Of a stretch of 64,000 nt of DNA, positions 49,157 through 60,824 are shown in pieces. Where the stretch lies: contig CAVULX010000003.1 in the NCBI GenBank assembly GCA_963742415.1, positions 512,001 through 576,000 on the forward strand. The letters run 5' to 3'. Source of the DNA: an uncultured Parachlamydiaceae bacterium (GTDB lineage: Bacteria > Chlamydiota > Chlamydiia > Chlamydiales > Parachlamydiaceae). Positions within the stretch are counted from its first letter, which is position 1. Each line of letters begins with the position of its first letter. Both the position numbers and the translations under genes were made by a program. The notes beneath the pieces were generated by a model, which saw only the letters and a list, made by a program, of their open reading frames with translations, had not been told where the DNA came from and did no database searches.

Positions 49157-50051
49157 TTTTTCCGAGGGATTGCCCCATCAGGCACCGTATTTCTCGATGG
49201 GGATGGGATGTCAAATCTTGATCAAGCGCAATAGCACCGGGCTGAAATAGCAGAATCAAAGAGGAAGCTCCAAAAGAGAAATACCCCTTTTCAGCCCCTT
49301 TTGGGTAGGGTATGCAAGGTGTGTACGTCTGATGGATGCTTCCCACGCTGGTGGCCCCGATTTCCATAAACAAGACTTTCCCAAATTTTTTTGTCTCTAA
49401 TTCACAAAGAGTGCGTTTATTTTGGCTGAAAATATGGATATTTTTCTTGATGGCAGCAGGGTTAACAGAATAAAGCCATCCATTGATCAGTTTGGTCTCT
49501 CCAGGGATACAATCACAGGGAAAATGGAAACGGTGATAATCGGAAGGGCAAAGCCGTGCGATCACCATCGTTCCTTGGCTATATTGAGAAGCTAGATTTT
49601 TGTCATCCAACAGAGTCGACAACTCAAACTTTTGACCTTTGACGACAAACCCATCGGCTTGTTCAATGTTTGGATAGAATAGGTAGCGGGCATCGGCTGG
49701 CATGATAGCGGTTTCCTCTCCTCCAGCAAGAGGGCGAGCTTCCGGTTTTAGTTTTCTGATGAAGAAATCGTTGAAGGAGGAAAAACTATCTATAGGTTCA
49801 GCAAATTCTGTTGGATCGACATTGAAGGCTTTGATAAAGGGTCTAATCTTTTTTTTCGACGACCCCCTTTTTTGTAAAGCTCCATAGAGGGAGGAAAAAA
49901 AAAGGGGTTTTGAAATTAGGCGTTGAAAAAAAGTTCCTAGAGAACGGCTCCAGAAGCCATTGCCATACACGAAGCCTAAAGCGGAAGCTTTATAAACTTT
50001 CTCCACTTCCTCTTTGCCTGTCGTTCGCTCGATATAGGTGATAGGGTCCAC
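49134..50051 (-). CDS. psd: Phosphatidylserine decarboxylase
   Basis: SFNDFFIRKLKPEARP, PADAR, RLCPSDYHRFHFP, IGATSVGSI, FSFGASS. Confidence 0.95.
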   Translation of the reverse strand: MDPITYIERTTGKEEVEKVYKASALGFVYGNGFWSRSLGTFFQRLISKPLFFSSLYGALQKRGSSKKKIRPFIKAFNVDPTEFAEPIDSFSSFNDFFIRKLKPEARPLAGGEETAIMPADARYLFYPNIEQADGFVVKGQKFELSTLLDDKNLASQYSQGTMVIARLCPSDYHRFHFPCDCIPGETKLINGWLYSVNPAAIKKNIHIFSQNKRTLCELETKKFGKVLFMEIGATSVGSIHQTYTPCIPYPKGAEKGYFSFGASSLILLFQPGAIALDQDLTSHPHREIRCLMGQSLGKKTGYARS

Positions 50052-50063
50052 TTTCTCTCCAGT

Positions 50064-50447
50064 TTACGGTTTGGGGATTCCCCTCTTTGCGGCGGGCTTG
50101 GAGATAAGAGTTAATTCACCCAAAAACGCAGGATCGAAGGAGGGAGTCAAATGGTTTTCTTTGATGGTTTCGAGGATTTTTTTTGCTGATTTTGCCATGA
50201 TAAAAAGATGCTCGTTATCATTTTGCCCTTCTAGATAGCGGGTTTGCAATTCTTGATATTTGAGGATTAAGTCCCGCAATTTAATTTGAATTTCGAGAGA
50301 TTGTTTGGAAGCTTCAATGAGTTGATCGAGCATCATCACTTCATTGGCGATCACATTTTTATTTTCTGGCAAACCAACAGCTTTGATTTCGGCTGAAAAA
50401 GCTTGGCCTAAACAAAAAATGAAAATTAAAATGGATTTTATTTTCAT
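50064..50447 (-). CDS. Hypothetical secreted protein
   Basis: Signal peptide, helical; operonic with psd. Confidence 0.75.
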   Translation of the reverse strand: MKIKSILIFIFCLGQAFSAEIKAVGLPENKNVIANEVMMLDQLIEASKQSLEIQIKLRDLILKYQELQTRYLEGQNDNEHLFIMAKSAKKILETIKENHLTPSFDPAFLGELTLISKPAAKRGIPKP

Positions 50448-50588
50448 ATTCCATCCGTTTTATTTTAAATATTTTGCCTAAGTTTACTAAAAGTAAGCAC
50501 TTCCCTTCAACAAGATAATGAGAAGCTGTTGATCTCTCTCACTATTCTAATTGTCGATAATGGGAGAAACCCCTATTTTAATTAATAA

Positions 50589-51932
<1,344 letters not shown>

Positions 51933-51952
51933 TAATCACGTTTGGAGGGATT

Positions 51953-52879
51953 ATGCAAGTTAATAATCAAGGTCTTACGGCCTTGCCAAACCCTGTTTTA
52001 CAAAATATCCATAAAAGGGAAAAAAAAACGAATTCACTCCCAGTAGTGGTAATGCCTTCTCATGTCTCGGATTCTGGTCAATCCTCAGGTGATTCACTAA
52101 AAACAAGAGTGAGTCGCGTTTTAACGATAAGTAACAATCTTAATAGCGGAGACAGCGAAAGTGAAGCCCAAAGCAACACGGCTTCGTCAAAAATACAACA
52201 GAATAAAGATCTTGAAGACTCTGAAGAGGTTGAATTAGCTGATATTTCTAATTCTAGCTATAGCTTTGCATCAAGAATCCAAAACACGGAGGATAATGAG
52301 ATTTCAAGCTGTCCTGACACAGACAACGAAAAAGGGGCTCAAAATATAGACAGCAAAAATAGCCCGGAAGAGAGGAAGGTAAGTAGAAGTAAAGACCGGA
52401 ACCGGATAGTACGGAACGAGAAATTGAACACAAGTACAAACACTAACCCTTCCACCATGACCATCACGGATAAGCAATTGAACACAAGTATGAACGCTAG
52501 CCCCTCCGCCATTACCATTGCTTATGACATTGAGTCTCAGAGTCAAATTAGTCAGCAGGAAGGCACCAATAACCCTAATGAGCAATCGGATGGGACCAAT
52601 AATAACAAAGTAGTTCGTTTTGATAACGTGAGCCTTGAGAATACCGAAACCAGTAGTCACGATAAAAGTATTGATGACGTTACTGGGAAAGATCAAGAGA
52701 TTGTGGATAACATGACAAATCAAATTAAGGTGACCCGGTTCAATCGTCGATGTTGCATGATTACTAAAATAGTAAGCGTCTGTTTGTGTGGTGTTTGTTC
52801 TCTTGTTGGAGCGGCTGCGGTAATTTCCATTCCTCTGGTTATTCGTTATGGAACCGGTAGCAGTGGAACGGGAGGGTAA
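51953..52879 (+). CDS. Low-complexity protein with C-terminal Cys-rich TM anchor, candidate effector
   Basis: S/N/D-rich; 18-aa internal duplication; SD GGAGG. Confidence 0.75.
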   Translation: MQVNNQGLTALPNPVLQNIHKREKKTNSLPVVVMPSHVSDSGQSSGDSLKTRVSRVLTISNNLNSGDSESEAQSNTASSKIQQNKDLEDSEEVELADISNSSYSFASRIQNTEDNEISSCPDTDNEKGAQNIDSKNSPEERKVSRSKDRNRIVRNEKLNTSTNTNPSTMTITDKQLNTSMNASPSAITIAYDIESQSQISQQEGTNNPNEQSDGTNNNKVVRFDNVSLENTETSSHDKSIDDVTGKDQEIVDNMTNQIKVTRFNRRCCMITKIVSVCLCGVCSLVGAAAVISIPLVIRYGTGSSGTGG

Positions 52880-52980
52880 TTTCAAAATCCTGGTCTTTGA
52901 CGTAGTATCTAATAAATGATATAATTGAATTAGTTAGTTTTTATTTGCTTATTACTTGAATACGAAGTCAAGGAGAAGTA

Positions 52981-53379
52981 ATGGAAACGTTTACTATAGC
53001 TTTGTTTGGTGAAGCGGAAAAGGGAGAATATATCATTCCTTATTTTTGCCAGTCATTGCCGCAGCTCGTCGATTATTTAGGAAATCCTCCCCCTGATAGC
53101 CGTGGTTTGTTTTTTGCTGTTCAAGCTTTGCTGTATCATCGCAATCTTTTATTTCTTCGCGTGCGGGAAGAGGGATTCAGCATGCAAGATTATCTCAAAG
53201 GGGTTCATTTATTAGAAAAAATGGAAAATGTCCCCCATATTGATGCTTTTGGCTTGCCTGGAGTGGGCGACGGGGAGATCATTGACGCGGTTGTACCACT
53301 GTGTATGAATTATCACAGTATCTTGATTACTACGGAATCAGATCTGTTTGATTATCTGACACTTAACACAAAAAACTAG
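52981..53379 (+). CDS. Conserved chlamydial hypothetical protein
   Basis: IALFGEAEKG, FLRVREEGFS, LPGVGD; convergent with ahpC. Confidence 0.8.
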   Translation: METFTIALFGEAEKGEYIIPYFCQSLPQLVDYLGNPPPDSRGLFFAVQALLYHRNLLFLRVREEGFSMQDYLKGVHLLEKMENVPHIDAFGLPGVGDGEIIDAVVPLCMNYHSILITTESDLFDYLTLNTKN

Positions 53380-53477
53380 TTTAGTTGCGTTGGACAAAAT
53401 GGACGAAGTGGACTTTGAGGAGAAGAAATTGTTGTCAAGTCGATGCTGATTTGACATCTATATCTGCAAAAAAAGAA

Positions 53478-53676
53478 TTTTATGCCGTCCCTACAGGACT
53501 CTGTTTTTTTTGCATTTTACCCAGGCCTTCGCTTCGCTACGACCTGGGCTATGATATTCCGCGCCTTCGGCGCTGAAAACGGCCTGAAAGGCCGAAATGT
53601 TAAAGCCCAGGTCGTAGCGAAGCGAAGGCCTGGGTAAAATGCAAAAAAAACAGAGTCCTGTAAGGACGGCATAAAA
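53478..53676. repeat. Long palindromic REP/REPIN-like element, family B, no insert
   Basis: Homologous to 36331-36611; flanked by TGGAC units (53391-53413) and GTCCA units (~53796-53820). Confidence 0.9.
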
Positions 53677-53837
53677 AATTTGCAAGCTTTTGAGGCTAAA
53701 AGCCCAATTCTTTGCAAATTTATTTAGATCAAAAATGCATGCATACATCATTTTCAAGGGGAAATTTCTACTAATTCAGTACCGACGGTCAATTTTGTCC
53801 ATCCTGTCCACCACGTCTATTTTTGTTCGCAAATGCA

Positions 53838-54431
53838 TTAATGGCTTAAATGGGTAAAATAGCGCTCCAGCCCTTCTTGGGAAGGTTGCATGCTTTTTTT
53901 GCCATGCTGCCAATTGGCCGGGCAGACCTCTCCATGCTTTTCAAAGTAGGTTAGGGCATCGAGGATACGCAATGTTTCATCCACAGAACGTCCCAAGGGA
54001 AGATCGTTCACAAGTTGATGCCGGACGATCCCCTCTCGGTCGATGAGAAATAATCCCCGATAAGCGATCCCTTCTTGCTGATTTAAAACGCCATAATCCT
54101 TGGATATGGTTTTGTTGAGGTCGGAAACAATCGGATAGTCGACCCCTTGGATTCCCCCTTTGCTTTTGGGAGAATTCAACCAGGCATAATGACTGAAGCA
54201 GCTATCGACGGAGCATCCGATCACCTGGGCGTTCCGTTTTTCAAATTCTTCCAACTTTTCCTGAAAAGCATGTAATTCCGTCGGACAAACAAAGGTAAAA
54301 TCGAGTGGATAAAAAAAGAAGACGACATACTTACCCCGAAAATGGATTAATGAAAAATTCTCGACGATACGGTTTCCGGTGACCGCTTTAGCTTTGAAGT
54401 CTGGTGCCGGTTTGCCGACGAGAGTATCCAT
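53838..54431 (-). CDS. ahpC: 2-Cys peroxiredoxin (AhpC/TSA)
   Basis: FFYPLDFTFVCPTE, GEVCPANW. Confidence 0.97.
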   Translation of the reverse strand: MDTLVGKPAPDFKAKAVTGNRIVENFSLIHFRGKYVVFFFYPLDFTFVCPTELHAFQEKLEEFEKRNAQVIGCSVDSCFSHYAWLNSPKSKGGIQGVDYPIVSDLNKTISKDYGVLNQQEGIAYRGLFLIDREGIVRHQLVNDLPLGRSVDETLRILDALTYFEKHGEVCPANWQHGKKSMQPSQEGLERYFTHLSH

Positions 54432-54451
54432 AAAATTTCTCCTTGTTATAA

Positions 54452-55087
54452 TTATCGATCAAAAATTTGTTTCGCATTTGGAAGCCAAGATTCTTTCTTG
54501 ATTGTGGTGGAAGGACCGTGCCCGGGGTATACAGCGGTATTTGGAGGGAGGTGTGATAATTTATCTAAAGAGGTCCACATCAGCTCGGGTTGTGAAGTAG
54601 GGAAAGAAAGGTTGCCGATAGATCCTTTGAATAAAGTATCGCCGGAAAAGAGGACCCCTTGTTCTTTCGCATACAAACAAATCCCTCCTGGAGTATGTCC
54701 CGGGGTGTGAATGATATGGAATTGAAGTTGCCCGACCTGCACAAAGGCGCCATCATTTAAAAATCCGTCAGGGGTAATCCCCTCGATCGAAAGCCAGCAA
54801 GGGAGGCCGTCGGCGCCAGGTTGCTCCAAATTGGGGGCATCCAGGGAGTGGATAAAAACTGGAATTTGATAGAGGGCTTTTAGGGGGGCGACATCGGCAA
54901 TATGGTCCCAATGGGAATGGGTGAGAAGGATCTGGGTGGGGGTAAGCTTTTGTTGTTTCAAATAGGAAGAAATAGGTCCGGAACTTTCGGGAGCTGGATC
55001 GATGATAGCAGCCATTCTTGTCGTAGGACAAGCTACAACATAGGCGTTGGTTTCAAAGGGTCCTGATGGAAAAGATTGAATTATCAT
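54452..55087 (-). CDS. MBL-fold metallo-hydrolase (glyoxalase II-like)
   Basis: THSHWDH, TPGHTPG, FSGDTLF, PGHG. Confidence 0.92.
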   Translation of the reverse strand: MIIQSFPSGPFETNAYVVACPTTRMAAIIDPAPESSGPISSYLKQQKLTPTQILLTHSHWDHIADVAPLKALYQIPVFIHSLDAPNLEQPGADGLPCWLSIEGITPDGFLNDGAFVQVGQLQFHIIHTPGHTPGGICLYAKEQGVLFSGDTLFKGSIGNLSFPTSQPELMWTSLDKLSHLPPNTAVYPGHGPSTTIKKESWLPNAKQIFDR

Positions 55088-55161
55088 CGCACCGGAGAGG
55101 GTTCGAACCTCCAACCGCCCGGTTCGTAGCCGGGTACTCTATCCTATTGAGCTACCAGTGC
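55088..55161 (-). tRNA. tRNA-Arg(ACG)
   Basis: Acceptor GCACTGG/CCGGTGC, anticodon arm CCCGG-CTACGAA-CCGGG, GTTCGAA T-loop; CCA not encoded. Confidence 0.97.
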
Positions 55162-55210
55162 AAAAGAGAAAAACTATCATGCAATATTAGATTATTTTTC
55201 TCAAGCAAAA

Positions 55211-56449
55211 TCAGGCTGTTGGTGCTTTCATATCAATCATATCAGCAGAATACTCCTTGGGTAGCGGGAGGGGTCTCTTTTGTTTGGATTCACATTTTTG
55301 CATCAGGTATTCTGCAAGTTGGAAAGGCATAGTTGCTCTCGGGATGGCTTTCATGATGAGATGATTCTTTTGTATTTCACTATCGTTTTCGATTTTTTCT
55401 CTCAATTTCGCTGGATCTTTTAAAACTGTTTCCCATTCAGCATCTTTTTCCTTAGCTTGAACTAAAACTGTTTCCTGTTCATCATCTTTCCGCACTTTTT
55501 TGGCAATTTCGGCAGATTGGAGGATCCGTGTCACAAACTCGGAACAAATCATCTTTTGCAGGTGTCCTTTACTGTTTTTTATAGGTGTTTGATTATTAGA
55601 CAAATCGATAAATGCTCTGGCTGTGGATTTTCGTACCATCTTATCTCTAATTGGCCTTAACCATTTGATGAAGCTGCCGTTGCCGAACAGGGGAGTGAAA
55701 CCTCCTCTCAAATAATAGAATTTGGGTACCTCTTTGTACGATTTTCCGCCTTTAAATAATTCTATTTCATCAATAGTCGCCGTTCTGGAAAAGTCGCTTA
55801 TCAGTTTTGCGTCCTCGCTAGGCGGGACAAAAACAACGAGATGGGAATAATCATCAGTCCCGAGCTTCCAAACTTTGGTTCTTAATCCAGTGGATCCCGA
55901 TTCTGAAACCCAAACAGCCTTATCTTTTTCCCCTAGTTTAATCTCATAGTCACCAAGTCTTTCGATTTCAGTTTGCAAAATCTTTTTGTGATTTCTTTTA
56001 GAGGGCCAAGAAAGAAAGTTGAACCCATAATGTATTTCTTTGAGTTGCTCTTCTTTTTTTAATTTAAGCTCGTTAGCTTCGTCTTCATTTTTTTGTGAAA
56101 AAGGGCCTTGCAAAACAAAAGCATGCATCAGTTCTGCTTTCTTAAAGACTTTATCATTTAAAAGCGTTTTTTTCCCCTCAGGATAATGCTTTTTCACCAT
56201 GCTTTTTGACGTCTCGCTAGGAACTCGATCGTAACGTGAGCCAAACCACATCTTCATGGTTTGGAATATCTTGATGACAGTGTGGACTTTATCCCTTTTA
56301 TACCAGGGATTCTTATCGATCCCTACCACAACGGCACCGTTGAGTTCCCCTCTATTTAGACGCTCTTTGAGTTCTCCCCAATTTACCTCATTTTTAATCA
56401 CGTGCATTTCCCAGCCTGGGAATTGCGCTTTCATTGAAATTTCATTCAT
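55211..56449 (-). CDS. Hypothetical protein, permuted papain-like (NlpC/P60) candidate
   Basis: MHAFV ... WVSES ... MICSEFV in His-before-Cys order. Confidence 0.55.
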   Translation of the reverse strand: MNEISMKAQFPGWEMHVIKNEVNWGELKERLNRGELNGAVVVGIDKNPWYKRDKVHTVIKIFQTMKMWFGSRYDRVPSETSKSMVKKHYPEGKKTLLNDKVFKKAELMHAFVLQGPFSQKNEDEANELKLKKEEQLKEIHYGFNFLSWPSKRNHKKILQTEIERLGDYEIKLGEKDKAVWVSESGSTGLRTKVWKLGTDDYSHLVVFVPPSEDAKLISDFSRTATIDEIELFKGGKSYKEVPKFYYLRGGFTPLFGNGSFIKWLRPIRDKMVRKSTARAFIDLSNNQTPIKNSKGHLQKMICSEFVTRILQSAEIAKKVRKDDEQETVLVQAKEKDAEWETVLKDPAKLREKIENDSEIQKNHLIMKAIPRATMPFQLAEYLMQKCESKQKRPLPLPKEYSADMIDMKAPTA

Positions 56450-56543
56450 ATAATCACCAAATTATTATTAATTAATATATTATTATAAATAAAATTAATT
56501 AAGATATTATTAAGAATTAATTACTATTTATTTAAAACAATAA

Positions 56544-57608
56544 TTATTTTGAATAAGTTTTTACAAATTCTTGCCCTAGCTTTTCGATCGCATCGTAATA
56601 AGAAGGGTTCCAAAGAAGGTGATCCACTAGGGGGATCCCGGACCATGTATCGAGATAGACGATATTACATGATGCGGGATTCCAAAGGCCGCGAAAATAA
56701 TCGATGGGATCGAGGTAACAAACGCCATCCCGTTTACTGACATAATTGACCACTTTTTTAAAGTCTTTATTTCGAACCATGGTGGGGGAGCCTACGGTAT
56801 AAACGGTGATCATTTTTAGTTGTTCCGGGGTCGATAGCTTTTTTGCGTTATTGGTTTCTGTTCCGCCGATGCTATGGGCGTAATGGATGATTTTTCCACC
56901 CCCATGAATGCCTCCCATCTCATGGATCAATTTTTTCCATACATCGCCGATCAGTTGGGCTTGTGATGAGATAAAACGGAATTTGGCTGCAAGGCAACGG
57001 ATCATGTCACGAGACCACCCTTCATACGGTCGAAAAATGTAATGGATGTTTGTGTACCCATGCAGTTTAGAAAGGATATCTAAGTTTGTCTGTTGATCTT
57101 CGGGTAAATTTAGAATGCCGTTGGCAAAGGTGATCCGAACTTTATCATGGATTTCTCCCTTGCCATAAACACCCACTTTTGCGGGATAGCACTCCAATCC
57201 TGAAATCCGATAGAGGGGATGCTGCCGGAAAGAGAAATACAAATTTGAGATTCGAGATTCTATTTGTTCCAAATCATGGATTGAAAAAAGAAAAAAGGTC
57301 TCTGTCCACTCGAAATTTGCTTGCGATTCATTTTCGTATTTCAAAGAAAGTTGGACGGAACGGTCGTCGAAAGTTCGGCATGAGATGGATAAGTGGTTTG
57401 TAGTAAGAGCCCCATCTTGAACAGGGAGGGGATTTGAGTCGATGGTTTGCGTGCATGAACCAGTCTCATCATAAGAGTAGTTTTTTTGGATAAAGGTGGA
57501 ACCGTCTTCATAGGTAAACGTTGTTGATGCCGATGGTGCATCAGCGTGGGCAGTCCCATTGGCATAAAATAGAGATAAAAAACACAAGAATGTGCGGTGC
57601 GAAAGCAT
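56544..57608 (-). CDS. Secreted alpha/beta-hydrolase-like protein (DUF687-like)
   Basis: Signal peptide; FANGILN, IIHYAHSIGG, VGSP, DGV, VDH. Confidence 0.6.
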   Translation of the reverse strand: MLSHRTFLCFLSLFYANGTAHADAPSASTTFTYEDGSTFIQKNYSYDETGSCTQTIDSNPLPVQDGALTTNHLSISCRTFDDRSVQLSLKYENESQANFEWTETFFLFSIHDLEQIESRISNLYFSFRQHPLYRISGLECYPAKVGVYGKGEIHDKVRITFANGILNLPEDQQTNLDILSKLHGYTNIHYIFRPYEGWSRDMIRCLAAKFRFISSQAQLIGDVWKKLIHEMGGIHGGGKIIHYAHSIGGTETNNAKKLSTPEQLKMITVYTVGSPTMVRNKDFKKVVNYVSKRDGVCYLDPIDYFRGLWNPASCNIVYLDTWSGIPLVDHLLWNPSYYDAIEKLGQEFVKTYSK

Positions 57609-57790
57609 GCTTATTTCCTCTCATTATGTTCGGAGGGAATTGTACATATTGTCCCTTTTGAAACCAAATTCAGAATATTAATGAAGCTTCAAAGCTTACA
57701 CAAATAATGCTTGCGCCCTGATCAGGATGCCGTTAAATTGAGTTCGTCTTGTGCGTAGACCCTGTTCATGGGAGAAGGAGTGGCCGCGGA

Positions 57791-59160
57791 ATGATGAATA
57801 TCGTGATTATTGGGGCTGGAGATGTCGGACGTTACATTGCATCGATGCTTTCGAAAGAAAACCACAATGTCATCTTGGTAGAAAAAAACAGCAAAATTCT
57901 TGAAGAGGTTGCTTTTAATCTCGATGTGGCGACAAGGGTTGGCTCAGGAACAGACTGGCAGCTTCTCGACGACTTGATGGAGCTCTCCCCAATCTTCTGA
58001 TAGCATTGACTGATGACGATGAAACCAATCTCGTCGCTTGTGCGATCGCCAAAAATTTGGGATATCCTCGGACCGTAGCAAGAGTACGAGACAACCGTTA
58101 CCTCAACAAAACGCGGCTTGACTTTTCCCGCATTTTTGATGTGGATTCTTTTATTGGCCCTGAGCTTTTGGTGGCCCACGACATTTTGAAATACATGATC
58201 AGTCCGGGATCTTTGGCGATCGAAAATTTTGCTCATGGGGCCTTGCAAATGCGCACTTTTGCTGTCCCTTCCAAGTGGCGAAAGTATGACCAGCCGTTGA
58301 GCGATCTCCGTTTGCCTGAAGGGATGATGATCGGTCTAATTCGTCGCGAAAATATGGGAGGGACTGCTTCAAGCCCTAAAACTGAAATTATATTTCCCCA
58401 TGGAAACGACGTTGTTTTGCCTAATGATGAAGTGACCATCATCGGTGAAACGGATGTTGTCGCTGAAGCGCACCATTTTTTTGGGATTACTCAAAAGGCT
58501 GTGCGTTCGGTGGTGATTGTTGGGGGATCTTTAACAGCCATTAATTTGGCTAAGCTGTTAGAACATCGTGAGGTCGATGTAAGAATTATCGAAAAAGATT
58601 ACGCGACATGCTGCTCAATGGCCGATCAGCTGCCACGTTCGAATATTATCAACCACGACGCAACGGATTATCAGTTTTTGCAAGCCGAAAAAATTGGACG
58701 AGCTGATGTTTTAGCGGCATGCACCAAAAGCGATGAAGTGAACTTGCTTGCTGGGCTCCTTGCAAAGCAGGTGGGATGTCAAGATGTGGTGGTCACCTTG
58801 TCGAATACGAGCTATACCCCTTTTGTTTCACAATTGGGCTTAAATTATGCCGTTTCCCCAAGGATCAGTGCTGCTAGCCACATCCTTTCCCAAATTTTAT
58901 CTGGCAGAGTGACTTCTTTGATCTCCCTCTATGAAAATCAAGCTGAAATTATGGAAATCAACGTTTCTTTAAATTCAAAAGTGGTTGGTATCCCCCTTTC
59001 TGAACTTGGACCTCTCCTTCCCAAAGATTTGCTCATCGCCATGATCCAAAACCGGGGAAGGATTATGATTGCCCACGGGAACCGAATTATATCCCCGGGA
59101 GATACTGTAATTGTCATAACAAGACCCTATCATGTCGAAGAATTGAAAAGAATATTTTAG
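57791..59160 (+). pseudogene. trkA: Trk potassium uptake NAD-binding subunit with one 1-bp deletion near 57990 (possibly sequencing error)
   Basis: IVIIGAGDVG then, in the next frame, LLIALTDDDETNLVAC; two RCK units. Confidence 0.88.
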
Positions 59161-59170
59161 CCAATGATTT

Positions 59171-60820
59171 ATGTATTATAGAGATATCAATCGGATCTTC
59201 GGTTTATTTCTTTACGGATTGTCGGGCGCATTGATGATCCCTTTCATTCTTGCGGTTTATTATGAGTATTTTGCCGACCCTTTAGTTCATCCACAACCCC
59301 ATTCGACCGGAGCTTTTTTATTGACGGTTGTGATTTGCTTGTCCACTGGGGCCCTGTGCCATTTTTTTAGCAAAGGGGCTACAAGGCATCTTTTCCGTAA
59401 AGAAGGCCTTGTTGTCGTCGTTTTGATTTGGGTATTGTCCCCTGCTTTTAGCTCCCTCCCCTTTATCTTGAGTGGAACTTTGAAAAATCCTTTCGATGCT
59501 TACTTTGAAGCTGTTTCCGGGTTGACCACGACGGGGGCCACAACGATGCAGGCAAAGGCTTATGATTCCCAAGACAAGGAAATCCCGATTCGACGGACTG
59601 TAGCCGGGCCCTTGGTGACCGAATATGTTTATTATGGGACGATAGAGCCTGTACGTGATCCGGTGACTCATCAAATCTTACACGAAGGGGTTGAAGCTGT
59701 CAGCAAGGCCCTATTGTTTTGGCGTAGTTTCATCCAGTGGCTTGGAGGGGGAGGAATCGTTGTTTTATTTGTGGCGATTCTGCCTATTTTTGGAGCCGGG
59801 GGGCGAGTGTTATTCCAGACAGAAGTTGCGGGTCCCATTAAGGATGCTTTAACACCCAGGATTAAAGAAACGGCAATTGCACTTTGGAAAATTTATTTAG
59901 TGTTAACGGTCTTTCAGATTGCACTCTTGTTAATAACGAACTCACAGATGGAATGGCTCGATGCCACGACAATTGCCTTCAGCGCCCTTTCGACTGGAGG
60001 GTTCAGCATCCGCAACGCAAGCATTGGATATTATCATAATGCGAATACGGAATGGGCTGTCATCCTTTGCATGCTTTTGGGAAGCATTAATTTTTCGGTC
60101 TATTATTTTATCTCTATAGGCAAAATTTTTAAAATTTTTAAACCCGAAATCATCCTTTATTTTGCCATCATCTTATTTTCTGCTGCATTGGCGGCCAAGG
60201 TTCTCATTGGTCAGCCTCAACAACTGTTGACTGGCGAACCTATCGCCCCATTTTCTTTTACCGAAGCTTTGAGGTCTGGAACCTTTCAAATCGTCTCAGC
60301 TATATCGACAACGGGTTTTGCAACGGCAAATTTCGATATTTGGCCTTACATCGTTCAGGCCCTCATGCTCATCGTGATGTTTGTAGGGGGGATGTCCGGT
60401 TCTACAGCGGGCGGCATCAAAATTATGAGGCATTATTTACTCTTTCGCATTGCCCAACACAAAGTTGAAACATTATTTCATCCAAAGAGAATTCAATCCC
60501 TTAAAGTAGCAAACAAAGAAGTGGATAACTCGGCCATTGTGATGACTCTTTGTTTCTTTTTAATCCTTATTTCGGTATCGGTAGCAGGCACCTTCATCTA
60601 TATCTTAGATGGGATTGACCCTCAAACCTCCCTAAGCCTTGTGGGATGCATGATCAATGGAACAGGATTGGCCTTTAGAGCAGGCAATCCGCTGGACTCT
60701 TGCGCCTTTTTGTCAAACTTTGGCTGCCTTTTCTCCTCCATATTAATGATTATGGGACGATTGGAATTTTTCGCCATTCTTGCCCTCATGGTTCCGGCAT
60801 TTTGGAAAAAAAGCGAATAA
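59171..60820 (+). CDS. trkH: Trk potassium uptake membrane subunit
   Basis: FEAVSGLTTTGAT, QWLGGGG, STGGFS, GSTAGGIK, MGRLE. Confidence 0.95.
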   Translation: MYYRDINRIFGLFLYGLSGALMIPFILAVYYEYFADPLVHPQPHSTGAFLLTVVICLSTGALCHFFSKGATRHLFRKEGLVVVVLIWVLSPAFSSLPFILSGTLKNPFDAYFEAVSGLTTTGATTMQAKAYDSQDKEIPIRRTVAGPLVTEYVYYGTIEPVRDPVTHQILHEGVEAVSKALLFWRSFIQWLGGGGIVVLFVAILPIFGAGGRVLFQTEVAGPIKDALTPRIKETAIALWKIYLVLTVFQIALLLITNSQMEWLDATTIAFSALSTGGFSIRNASIGYYHNANTEWAVILCMLLGSINFSVYYFISIGKIFKIFKPEIILYFAIILFSAALAAKVLIGQPQQLLTGEPIAPFSFTEALRSGTFQIVSAISTTGFATANFDIWPYIVQALMLIVMFVGGMSGSTAGGIKIMRHYLLFRIAQHKVETLFHPKRIQSLKVANKEVDNSAIVMTLCFFLILISVSVAGTFIYILDGIDPQTSLSLVGCMINGTGLAFRAGNPLDSCAFLSNFGCLFSSILMIMGRLEFFAILALMVPAFWKKSE

Positions 60821-60824
60821 CTTT

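Noticed and set aside
53385-53757. Short ORFs at 53385-53757 and 36418-36609
   Set aside because: They are readings of the family-B repeat
57985-58000. Programmed frameshift in trkA
   Set aside because: No canonical slippery heptamer; a 1-bp loss next to a C run is more simply an error or mutation
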